Source of the DNA: Octopus sinensis
Taxonomy: Eukaryota
Direction: 5' to 3'
Length of the DNA: 34,638 nt
NCBI RefSeq assembly: GCF_006345805.1
Contig: NW_021832081.1
Location: 1-34,638 of the forward strand
Made by a program: the position numbers and the translations under genes. The notes below the pieces were generated by a model. It saw nothing but the letters and a program-made list of their open reading frames with translations. It made no database searches and was not told the DNA's origin. Positions 21,557-32,574 of this stretch are shown here, piece by piece. The first letter of the stretch is position 1. Every line of letters begins with the position of its first letter.

Positions 21557-22026
21557 CCCTTTAGCATTTAAACCAGCCATATCCGGCCAAAAGGAATTCT
21601 GGGGCTAAATAACCATAACAATCATCCTAACTAGGGCTGCCACTCGACAACCAATTTTGGTGTGAAACCTAGCAGTTCAGCAAATTTGACTGATAGAATA
21701 AGAACTTGGCTTACAAAGAATAAGTCTTGGGGGTCAACTTGTTCAACTAAAGGCGGTGCTCCAGGGTGGCTGCAGTCAAAAGACTGAAACAAGTAGAAGA
21801 TTAACCCTGTAGCATTTAAACCGGCCATATCCGGCCAAAAGTATTCTGCCTGTTTTATGTTCAAACTGGCCAGATCTGGTCTCTCACACCGACCCTACAA
21901 TGTTGTTTTAAAAATTAACAGCGACCTCATTGAAATCTCATAGATACAAGATAATTCATGATTAGTTCAAAGCAATGTGGACGAAAAGACATTTAATTTT
22001 GGCAGAATAATGCGAACACTAAAGGG
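21557..22026. mobile_element. piggyBac-type TTAA MITE (intact unit 21805-22026; extra left end at 21557-21591 with a SINE A arm between)
   Basis: TTAA|CCCTTTAG ... CTAAAGGG|TTAA; the paralogous empty site at ~23915 has a single TTAA. Confidence 0.8.
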
Positions 22027-22432
22027 TTAAAGGTCTTGGGAACAAGATGTGTTTTGAGGGAGATTTGGCTGCTATTTCTGCCAGATGTAGCGACCATGTG
22101 GAAGTCTCTCTCTCTCTCTCTCTCACACGCTCTCAGTCTTGTCCTCACTCCAACTGAGGTTGCCATGGTTCCCCTGCTGCAAGACCCCTATTTCTGGCCC
22201 TCTGTTCATGCTCTTAACTTCTCACCACCTGGAACAAGTCCACCTCCTGTGACATTACCTACCCAACACCCTCGGTTGAGGTGAGTGCGTCTTGTCTTAC
22301 AAGTCTATTTGGTGGCTTCACTGATGCGCTGTGCCACATGCAAAGTACCCAGTACACTCTGTCATGTGGTCAGCAGCCAACCCCAGGGGGTGGTGAACAT
22401 GCCAAAGGACACAGAGGGGATTGGAACACTTA

Positions 22433-22944
22433 CCATAAATCCTCGAGTATAATCCGCATTTTCCCCCCAAAATTTAAAGGTCAAAATCCCTTGTGCGTAC
22501 TATATATGAGGTTAAAAATAAAAATTATTTTCTAAGCAATGTCCGAGTCTCTATTTGCTGTCCGGCAATGTTTATTCAGACGCATTTTGTGATGTCGGGC
22601 GCGAAAATACCTTAAGCTAAGCCTGAAAGCAATGAAGTCATAAAAGAATCATCCATAACTTGCAGTAAGCAACATTTATTAAACGTTATTACTGTTATTT
22701 CTTTATTTTATGCAAACAAAATGCACAAAAAAGCTACACGTTTGCATTATGTTAAATATACAATAATAATAAAGGACGTTACCGTACACATTTTTACAAA
22801 CCAAGGACGTTATATGGACCTCCTTGACTCAAATTAGAGAAGGGGTGCGTATTATACACAAGGTTTAGGTTTTTCAGAGGTACAGACCCCTAAAAATCCC
22901 CTGTGTATTATACTCAAGGGCGGACTATACTCAAGGAGTTATGG
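22433..22944. mobile_element. Tc1/mariner-superfamily (Tc2/pogo-like) MITE
   Basis: TA|CCATAAATCCTCGAGTATAATCCGC ... GCGGACTATACTCAAGGAGTTATGG|CA: 25-bp TIR, 22/25 identical. It interrupts an old RTE-tailed repeat (22140-22430 and 22945-23010). Confidence 0.8.
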
Positions 22945-23094
22945 CACATCACTTGCCAGCACCAGCCAAACCATACAACCCATGCCAGCATGGAAAACAG
23001 ACATTAAATGATGACGGTGGTGATGACAATGAAGATGGTGATGATGGTGATGTTAACGATGACGATGATGATGATGACTGATGATGATGGCAAT

Positions 23095-23473
23095 GTTTAC
23101 CAGGCACATGGTTCCGGGTTCAGTCCCACTGCATGGCACCTTGGGCAAGTGTCTTTTACTATAGCCCTGGGCCGACTAATGCCTTGTGAGTGGATTTGGT
23201 AGACGGAAACTGAAAGAAGCCCGTCGTATATATGTATATATATGCGTGTGTGTGTTTGTGTGTCTGTGTTTGTCCCCCTAGCATTGCTTGAAAACCGATG
23301 CTGGTGTGTTTACGTCCCCGTCACTTAGCAGTTCGGCAAACGAGACCGATAGAATAAGTACTGGGCTTACAAAAGAATAAGTGTCGGGGTCGAGTTGCTC
23401 GATTAAAGGCAGTGCTCCAGCATGGCCGCAGTCAAATGACTGAAACAAGTAAAACAGTAAAAGAGTAAAGAGA
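23095..23473 (+). mobile_element. SINE family A, near full length
   Basis: Matches 20767-21157 from cacatggttccggg onward. Confidence 0.9.
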
Positions 23474-24015
23474 GATGACGATGATGATGATAGTAATAAT
23501 GCTCAACATGCTAATAAGCCTATTCATAGGCTACCATTGCTGACTAAAGACTGTCCTTAGACTGGTTCTCCCACCCTGGGACAATTGCATCACAGCCAGA
23601 CATTCTCCTTTTGTGGATGCTGTGTGAGGCTTTCAATGAACAATCAATGAAATTGCTATTCTAATGATTTTGTCCCTTAACAAAGCTTAAAGCCACTGAA
23701 GCATAAGGGACATCAAAGAAGGAGAAGAAGGGGCCGACGTATACAAAAGCTATTGATTAACAGAAGGCTTACAGGACAGAATGACCTACACCAGGTATTG
23801 GGTCCCATAGAACAGCAGTTTGATGGGGGAAAACAATTAGAATAAAAAGGACTTTATGACTAACAGGAAGCTCAACAGAGAAATGATGTGATAGGGAAGA
23901 GAGGCAAATGACGTGTTTAAAGGTCTTGAGATCAAGATGTGTTTTGAGGGAGATTTGGTTGCTATTTCTACAAGATGTAGCTACCATGTAGAAGTGTATT
24001 TAATTGGCTCATTGA

Positions 24016-24356
24016 AAGGGTAAAGACCCCGTTTGGTCATGAACGACCATGGGGCTGCACCTAGAAAGTTCCCATCCGAGACACAAGTCTGGGAAAGGTT
24101 GTTTTATGGAAGACCAGCAGCCCCCCCCCCCCCAATGCATACCAGCCTCCCTTCTCCATGCCACTGATGTTATCCAAGGGAAAGGCAAAAGGGGCCGATA
24201 CAGCTTGGCACCAATGACATCGCAACTCAGCTGAGTGAACTGGAGGAATGTGGAATAAAGTGTCTTGCTCAAGAACACAACACACAGCCTGGTCCAGGAA
24301 TTGAACTCAGTACCTCATGATTGTGAGCTTGACCCCTCTACCTACTGAGCCACACA
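24016..24356 (-). mobile_element. SINE family D monomer
   Basis: Reverse complement matches 32739-33080 (TGGCTCAGT head, TTCTTGAGCAAGACAC core, CATGGTCGTTCATGACC tail). Confidence 0.85.
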
Positions 24357-24534
24357 CACCAACACCGTTGACTTACAGATTGATATGTGAATCCCTAAAA
24401 CAGAAAGGTGTGGCTTTTGTTTTGTAAACACAATCTTGTCCAAAACAAGGTTTGAGGTTGTTATTGCATAAGGGTTTACAAAGAAAGAGGGGTCAAGAAG
24501 GCAGAAATTGGATGTTATTTATGATTAGCAACGA

Positions 24535-24862
24535 AGGGGCTTGGCCTAAGTGCTTGGGACATTCAACTCACAATCGTAAGGTCAGGAGTTCAATTCCCAG
24601 TGACGTGTTGTGTCCTTGAGCAAGACACTTTATTTCACTTTATTGCTCCAGTCAACTCAGCTGGCAAAAATGAGTTGGACCTGTATTTCAAAAAAGGGCC
24701 AGCCTTGTCACACTCTGTGTCATGCTGAACCTCCTTGAGAACTACATTAAGGGTACATGTGTTTCTATGGAGTACTCAGCCACTTGCACATTAATTTCAA
24801 GTGCAGGCTGTTCCGTTGATCGGATCGACTGGAACCCTCGTCATGGTAACCGATGGGGTGCC
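24535..24862 (+). mobile_element. SINE family F
   Basis: tRNA-like head with GGAGTTCAATTCCC, core GTGTCCTTGAGCAAGACACTT...CTCAGCTGGCAAAAATGAGT shared with C/D, and a distinct tail. Confidence 0.7.
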
Positions 24863-24949
24863 AAGCGACAATTATATATTTTAGGGAAACAGGGCCCGAA
24901 TCCGAGAACAAAGATTGTGTTTGTTTTGTATTTCAGTTTTGATAGTTGT

Positions 24950-25285
24950 AAAAGGATCAGATAACTTCAGGTTGTAAGGATGTGTGCAGTATCCATGGGA
25001 ACAAGGTTTTGATAGCTCTGACACCTTTGTAGGGGTTCCTGATATCTGGCCATAGTGTTCAAGAGCCTCGTATTGTCGTCAAAGCACTGATGACTACAGG
25101 TAGAGTTGATGTTGTTGTTGTTGTTGTTCTTCTTCTTCTTCTTCTTAGATGCTACTGTTTTGAGACTTCTATTTCAAGGTCCTTATTTTCTTAACTTTTC
25201 AAATGTTTTTACAGAAGGGTTCCAGTCTGCTGGGATTGACAGGTCTATGAGCAGACTTGTTTTATTAACATAATGTTTAACCACC
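24950..25285 (-). pseudogene. RLE-type non-LTR retrotransposon C-terminal relic (R4/Dong/NeSL-like)
   Basis: With frameshifts, minus reads KTSLLIDLSIPADWNPSVKTFEKLRK / KDLEIEVSKQ*HL / TLPVVISAL / MDTAHIL, matching the restriction-like endonuclease C-terminus pattern. Confidence 0.7.
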
Positions 25286-25345
25286 ACCACCAACAACAAT
25301 AACAACAACACCACCACCAGCACATTGTCATCATCATCATTAATA

Positions 25346-25396
<51 letters not shown>

Positions 25397-25397
<1 letters not shown>

Positions 25398-25970
25398 GAC
25401 GGCGAGCTGGCAGAATTGTTAGCATGCTTGACGAAATGCTTAGCGGTATTTCGTTTGCCATTATGCTCTGATTTCAAATTCCGCCGAGGTCGACTTTGCC
25501 TTTCATCCTTTCAGAGTCGATTAAATAAGTACCAGTTACGCACTGGGGTCGATGTAATCGACTTAATCCGTTTGTCTGTCCTTGTTTGTTCCCTCTGTGT
25601 TTAGCCCCTTGTGGGTAATAAAGAAATAGGTATTTTGTCTGCTGTTATGTTCTGAGTTCAAATTCTGCCGAGATCGACTTTGCCTTTCATCCTTTCAGAG
25701 ACAATTAAATAAGTACCAGTTTCGCACTGGGGCCGATGTAATCGACTTAATCAGATTGTCCCCCTCTGTGTTTAGCCCCCTGTGGGTAGTAAAGAAATAG
25801 GTATTTTGCCTGTCACTATGTTCTGAGTTCAAATTCTGCCGAGGTCGACTTTGCCTTTCATCCTTTTAGAGACAATTAAATAAGTACCAGTTACACATTG
25901 GGGTCAATGTAATCGACTTAATCCCCTCATCCCAACCTGCCTTTGTGGCAAAAATTTGAATTCCTTATTG
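25397..25970 (+). mobile_element. SINE family B trimer; last unit has a different tail
   Basis: Bodies start at 25445, 25629 and 25800 (GGTATTT); unit 3 ends cccctcatcccaacctgcctttgtggcaaaaatttgaa. Confidence 0.88.
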
Positions 25971-26086
25971 TTATTATTGTTATTATTATTATTATAAAAG
26001 AGGAAAGCAAGCAGAATCATTAGCACGCCAGGCGAAGTGATTAGCGGTATTTTGTCTGTCTTCAGATTTAATTACTAGGCCCTTCC

Positions 26087-26608
26087 CCCAAAAATGTTTT
26101 GGAAAATTCAAATGATTAAGATTTGTTTCTTCATAGCTTTCAGAAAAATGGATAATTTTTAATGAAATTTTCTACAAACACACCCCAGATGAAGTAGATT
26201 TCTATTTTATTGGAATTTTTCGAAGGGTGGAATGAGGAATTTCAGAAAATTCACACAAGTTGGTATTGTTTCAACATAGCTTTTAGAAAAATGGATAATT
26301 TTTAATGAAATTTTCCTCATTCCAGCCTTCCAAAAATTCCAATAAAATAGAAATCTACTTCATCTGGGGTGTGTTTGTAGAAAATTTCATCAAAAATTAT
26401 CCAATTTTTTAAAAGCTATGTTGAAACAATACCAACTTGGTGTGAATTTTCCGAAATTCCTGATTCTATCCTTCCAAAAATTCCAATAAAATAGAAATCT
26501 ACTTCATCTGGGGTGTGTTTGTAGAAAATTTCATTAAAAATTATCCATTTTTCTGAAAGTTATGAAGAAACAAATCTTAATCATTTGAATTTTCCAAAAC
26601 GTTTTGGG
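26087..26608. mobile_element. Fold-back (palindromic) element with ~143-bp internal subrepeats
   Basis: Left arm 26087-26315 and right arm 26316-26608 are reverse complements, with an asymmetric centre. Confidence 0.85.
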
Positions 26609-26749
26609 TGAAAGAAATTTTGGTTTTTTATGCTTCTTCTTGATAAACAACAGTTTCCCTGGGTGTTACATTCAAGGTCACAAGACTGGCGCCAGCCGAA
26701 TCATGATAAATGCAGTTGCCTCTTAAACGGCTCAAGGTTTGTAACTTAA

Positions 26750-26971
26750 CCCTTTCATTATGAACCCGGCTGAAACCAGCTCTGGCTCTGTAGTACAAAT
26801 GTCTTATTTTTATAAGTTTTGGATTAAAATCTTCCACCAAACCTTAGTCACAATTTATGTTCCTAACACTAGCTTAATGATAACTAAGTTATTTTACTAA
26901 ATTCTTTGTTATATTTAAAATTAATTGAATGAAAAACAGAGCACCTCAACAGAAATATGGGAACGAAAGGG
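26750..26971. mobile_element. piggyBac-type TTAA MITE (222 bp)
   Basis: TTAA|CCCTTTCATT ... AACGAAAGGG|TTAA. Confidence 0.85.
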
Positions 26972-27118
26972 TTAAAAAAAAATAATCAGCAGAAGACATG
27001 AGGGAAGGAGACCTCAATGTGGTCACTCTATATGCTAGAAATAACAGCCTAAATTTCCTTCAGTCCACAGCCTTTCAGCTGCTTCTAATCTCCATCAGCC
27101 CAAATGTGGAGATGTGTA

Positions 27119-27339
27119 CCCTTTTGATGCCAACCTGGCTAAAACCACCCCTGGCTCTTTAGTACAAATGTCTTGTTTTCATAAGTTTTGAATTAAAATC
27201 TTCCACCAAACCTTAGTCACAATTTATGTTCCTGACACTAGCTTAATTATAATGAAGTTATTTTATTAAATTCTTTGTTATATTTAAAGTAACTGAGAGA
27301 AGCACAGAACATCTCGAAATAAATGCAGTAACGAAAGGG
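27119..27339. mobile_element. Second copy of the same TTAA MITE
   Basis: Collinear with 26750-26971; right end ACGAAAGGG|TTAA, left flank degenerate. Confidence 0.8.
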
Positions 27340-27893
27340 TTAATGAAAAAAATAAGAAAAAAATATTAGCAAAAAGATATAAAAAAAAAACAAGCAAAAA
27401 GCAAAAAGAAAAAAAGACATTTTTGGATTGCTAAGCTTATCACTGCAAAAGTGGTTGGCACATCTCAATTTTTACTTTTTCCTTTCTGACGGAACTAAAT
27501 GTATGACTTCCTCCCCAACACCCCAACACCCTCTGTTTCGTTTCTCAAGAAGTTTGATATTTCTTCCATGAAAAAAAAAAAATTTTTTTTTTAGTAAATC
27601 TAAAAAAAAACCGAAAAGAGTAAAAGAATCAATAGAGAAAACGGTAGTTGCTGCTGCCACCATGCAGTTAGCAGCTGCACTCCGTTTACAGATGCAGCGT
27701 GTGATGCACCAGACAGCAGAACAACTGCAACACTATCACAAGGAGTGTCCTCTTGCAAAGATATTATTTTATTCTTTTGCGTGTTAGATTTTTTTGCCTC
27801 GCTAACCCTAACCCCGTCCCGTTGCTCCGTTTCCCTGAAAAGTGAATTGTTAAAATCTTTCCACCGAGGAAGAAAGCTACCGTGATTACCGAA

Positions 27894-28460
27894 GGTGCAG
27901 GAGTGGCTGTGTGGTAAGTAGCTTGCTTACCAACCACATGGTTCCGGGTTCAGTCCCACTGCGTGGCACCTTGGGCAAGTGTCTTCTGCTATAGCCTCAG
28001 GCCGACCAAAGCCTTGTGAGTGGATTTGGTAGACGGAAACTGAAAGAAGCCTCTCATATATATTATAGGTGTAGGAGTGGCTGTGTGGTAAGTAGCTTGC
28101 TAACCAACCACATGGTTTCGGGTTCAGTCCCACTGCGTGGCATCTGGGGCAAGTGTCTTCTACTATAGCCTCAGGCCGACCAATGCCTTGTGAGTGGATT
28201 TGGTAGACTGAAACTGAAAGAAGCCCATCGTATGTATGTACATATATATATATATATATGTATGTGTGTCTGTGTTTGTCCCCCTAGCATTGCTTGACAA
28301 CCGATGCTGGTGTGTTTACGTCCCCGTCACTTAGCGGTTCGGCAAAAGAGACCAATAGAATAAGTACTGGGCTTACAAAAGAATAAGTCCCGGGGTCGAG
28401 TTGCTCGATTAAAGGCAGTGCTCCAGCATGGCCACAGTCAAAATGACTGAAACAAGTAAA
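27894..28460 (+). mobile_element. SINE family A left arm followed by a full copy (28068-28460)
   Basis: Two heads GGTG(C/T)AGGAGTGGCTGTGTGG. Confidence 0.9.
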
Positions 28461-28564
28461 AAAAAAAAAACGAAAAAAAATGCCTCTACCCACCAAAAGA
28501 GGGTTACATTTTACCCTCATTACACACCAACCAAAATGCATGATTTGTGGCTCAAAAACCAAAG

Positions 28565-29360
28565 GACTTTACCCTTTACCCTATGTACATATAATGGCAT
28601 GGAGTGGGGAAGCTGGTATGCATGGGCGACTGCTGGTCTTTCATAAAAAACCTTGCCCACACTTGTACCTCAGAGGGGAACTTTCTAGATGCAATCCCAT
28701 GGTCATTATTGACTAGTGCGGCGAGCTGGCAGAATCATTAGCACATCGGGTGAAATGCTTAGCGGTATTTCGTCTGCCGTTACATTCTGACTTCAAATTC
28801 CGCCGAGGTCGACTTTGCCTTTCATCCTTTCAGGGTCGATAAATTAAGTACCAGTTACGCACTGGAGTCGATGTAATCGACTTAATACCTATGTCTGTCC
28901 TTGTTTGTCCCCTCTGTGTTTAGCCCCTTGTGGGTAATAAAGAAATAGGTATTTCGTCTGCCGTTACATTCTGAGTTCAAATTCTGCCAAGGTCGACTTT
29001 GCCTTTCATTCTTTCGGGGTCGATAAATTAAGTACCAGTTACGCACTGGGGTCGATGTAATCGACTTAATACCTATGTCTGTCCTTGTTTGTCCCCTCTG
29101 TGTTTAGCCCTTTGTGGGTAATAAAGAAATAGATATTTCATCTGCCGTTACATTCTGAGTTCAAATTCCGCCGAGGTCGACTTTGCCTTTCATTCTTTAA
29201 TTCATTCTTTAATTCGATAAATTAAGTACCAGTTACGCACTGGGGTCGATGTAACTGACTTAATCGGTTTGTCTGTCCTTGTTTGTCCCCTCTGTATTGA
29301 GCCCCCTGTGGGCAATAAAGAAATAATTATTGACTGAAAAAGGGCCTTTACGCCTTACTC
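28565..29360 (+). mobile_element. SINE family D tail unit interrupted by a family B trimer
   Basis: D sequence 28565-28714 resumes at 29326 (attattgactgaaaaagggcc). Confidence 0.75.
28715..29325 (+). mobile_element. SINE family B trimer with 10-bp TSD
   Basis: Bodies 28764-28947, 28948-29131 and 29132-29325; TSD ATTATTGACT at 28705-28714 and 29326-29335. Confidence 0.92.
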
Positions 29361-29689
29361 TCTTTATTTTGGGTAAATCTCAGAAATGACAAAATATCAA
29401 TTTAAATTTCAGTACATTTTTCAGTTCTACTCCCTCTTTCAGCTGAGAGGTCCTTGTCTTTGGAGCTTGCGGGTGCTGTGTACCACCTAAAAACAACACC
29501 TGTACTGGTGCCACATAAAAAAAATCCATACAGTGTCCCTTTCTACTACCCACTTAAAGGGTTACCTGCACTAAGCCCTTTTTTCCTGTTATTTAAGCCC
29601 CACAGTGATTCCCTCCACAAAGACACACACATACACATCCTGCTCTGGTTTAATCCCTAAAAAATAATGTTTCTAAACACAGAACTTTC

Positions 29690-30070
29690 CTGCTGGGGTC
29701 AATTTTGCCCTTTATCCTCCCAAGGATAATTTAATTTGTCCTTAGTCGAAAGACACCTCTTGTTAATGTCTTGTTATTTGTATTTCTGTACCATTTCTCC
29801 ATTTTTTTCTGTCCTTGTTTTCGTATACATTTGCTTTCTTCCAAGGAATCTAATGCTCTTAGCTTAGCTTTTCCTTGGGTCTGGCCAGATTGGAGCAATC
29901 TCGAGTATAACCAGCCAAAATTGCAAAGATAACCTGGAATTCAACTGAGGAAGGAAACTCCGAATGACCTGTCCTTGTTTCCGTTTCATCTGGATGTTTT
30001 GTTGTCCCTTTTTTGTATCACCTAACTGTCTGGAGTTTAGGGTTCTTGTCCCATTTTTGTATTTTTTATA
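29690..30070 (+). mobile_element. Probable Penelope-type repeat family P4
   Basis: T-rich segments plus CTGAGGA-A-GGA(AAC)TCC-GAAT at 29945-29965; boundaries approximate. Confidence 0.4.
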
Positions 30071-30179
30071 TACAATAGCAGCCGGCTGGCTATAAGGGCC
30101 AGGAAGGGATCAATACATCTAATTCCAGCTAACCCCTTGTGTCTGGCCTATGATAAAAGCAACAACATGAAAGGGTAGC

Positions 30180-30512
30180 AGGGTGTGTGCATGAATGGGT
30201 GGGGATATAAGCTCAAGTGTGTGTGGTGTGTGTGTGTATGTGTGTGTGTATGTGTGTGTGTATGCTCATGTATGTATGTGTGTATATGGGTATGAACAGG
30301 CATGTGTGTGTATGTGTATGTACATGTGTGTGTATGTGTATGTACATGTGTATGTATGTGTGTATATGTGTGAACGTGCGCATGTACAAGTGTATGTGTG
30401 AGTGCCTGTATGTGTGAGTGTGTGCATGTGTGTGTTATGTTAGGTGTGAGTGTGTGCAAGTATGAGTGCATGCGTGCGTAAGTGCGTGTGTGTGTGTGTG
30501 TGTGTGTGCGTG

Positions 30513-30552
<40 letters not shown>

Positions 30553-30575
30553 AGTGTGTGTGTGTGTGTGTGTGC

Positions 30576-30642
<67 letters not shown>

Positions 30643-30834
30643 AGTGTGTGTGTGTGGTGTGTGTGTGGTGCGTGTGTGTGTAGAAACGATTAGCCGAGAA
30701 GTGAATTATTTTTTTTATAACGGAAAAGATTAACGAACAGAGGATAAACGGACTGGGAAAGGATGGGGGTGAAATGAGGTGAGAGAGAAAGAGTGACACA
30801 CGGACAGGTGAGAAGGATCAAAACATACAGGTGA

Positions 30835-30871
<37 letters not shown>

Positions 30872-30958
30872 TTACACACTAATCCATAAGATTAAACTAT
30901 AAACTGATTTTTAAGGACTACCAGCATATGTATATATACACACATATACATATGTATA

Positions 30959-31013
<55 letters not shown>

Positions 31014-31334
31014 ATATGTATGTATGTATATACATACATATGTATATATATGTGTGTATATATATATATATACATATGTATGTATATACATACATATGTA
31101 TATACATACATATATGATATATATACACAACACATACGTGTGTATATATACATACATATATATACACACACATACATGTGTATATATACATACATATGTT
31201 ATATATATGTATATATATACATACATATATATGTGTATATATATATATATACATATACATACATATGTATATATATATATATACATATCATACATATGGA
31301 TATATATATATATATATATACATATACATACAAT

Positions 31335-31386
<52 letters not shown>

Positions 31387-31540
31387 TATGATACATATAT
31401 ATACACATACATATTTACACATACATATATATACACCTACATGCTATGTATATATATATATATACATACACAACACATACATACATATGTATATATACAC
31501 ACACACACATACATACATATGTGTGTATGTGTGTGTGGAT
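30180..31540. repeat. (TG)n, (GA)n and (TA)n compound microsatellite tracts
   Basis: Directly visible, with short unique spacers. Confidence 0.9.
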
Positions 31541-31737
31541 TTATAAAATAGTCTTGCAAGATGTATTATAGTGAAATGTAAACTCCATTCACTGGAGATT
31601 ATCCTTGTGATTAGAAGATAAAATCTTCCTCTAGGGGTTCTTAAAAATCTAGCAAGGGGTTAAGTCCAAGAAAATCAGCTAATCTTCATTTTCAGGAGAC
31701 AATAAGTACATACAAACATTTGATATACATATTCTTC

Positions 31738-32126
31738 TACTCTTTTACTATTTTACTTGTTTCAGTCATTTGACTGCGGCCATGCTGGAGCACCACCTTT
31801 AATCGAGCAACTCGACCCCGGGACTTATTCTTTTGTAAGCCCAGTACTTATTCTATCGGTCTCTTTTGCCGAACCACTAAGTAACGGGGACATAAACACA
31901 CCAGCATCGGTTGTCAAGCAATGCTAGGAGGACAAACACAGACACACAAACATACATACACACACACATATATATATACTGGGTGTCCCCAAAAAATCCA
32001 CTCACAAGGCTTTGGTCGGCCCGAGGCTATAGCAGAAGACACTTGCCCAAGGTGCCACGCAGTGGGACTGAACCCGGAACCATGTGGTTGGTAAACAAGC
32101 TACTTACCACACAGCCACTCCTGCAC
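31738..32126 (-). mobile_element. SINE family A, near full length
   Basis: Both arms on minus; small internal replacement near 31980-31995. Confidence 0.9.
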
Positions 32127-32146
32127 CTATATATATATGAATACAT

Positions 32147-32200
<54 letters not shown>

Positions 32201-32244
32201 CATTATATATATATATATATACACAACACCACACACACATAGAC

Positions 32245-32412
32245 ACAGGAGTGGCTGTGTGGTAAGTAGCTTGCAAACCAACCAGATGGTTCCGGGTTCA
32301 GTCCCACTGCGTGGCACCTTGGGCAAGTGTCTTCTACTATAGCCTCGGGCCGACCAAAGCCTTGTGAGTGGATTTGGTAGATGGAAACTGAAAGAAGCCA
32401 GTCGTATATATG

Positions 32413-32447
<35 letters not shown>

Positions 32448-32558
32448 TTGTCCCCCTAGCATTGCTTGACAATCGATGCTGGTGTGTTTACGTCCTCGTC
32501 ACTTAGCGGTTCGGCAAAAGAGACCGATAGAATAAGTACTGGGCTTACAAAGAATAAG
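32245..32558 (+). mobile_element. SINE family A, 3'-truncated
   Basis: Head at caggagtggctgtgtgg; ends at acaaagaataagt. Confidence 0.9.
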
Positions 32559-32574
32559 TTGACGGACGGGACAA

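Noticed and set aside
22137-22280. Apparent 144-nt exon with a strong CT-tract/CAG acceptor, GAG|GTGAGT donor and one open frame (LVLTPTEVAMVPLLQDPYFWP...)
   Set aside because: The sequence aligns with the old repeat at ~6265-6350 and continues into the shared module, and the pyrimidine tract is a (CT)n microsatellite. Exonisation is possible but needs RNA-seq.
25445-25970. CRISPR-like or satellite array
   Set aside because: There are no unique spacers; the units are SINE bodies. No CRISPR or prokaryotic features are present in the window.
26654-26736. 83-nt candidate exon (CAG acceptor, AAG|GTTTGT donor; FPWVLHSRSQDW...)
   Set aside because: No recognisable homology or partner exons; such sites arise by chance in AT-rich DNA.
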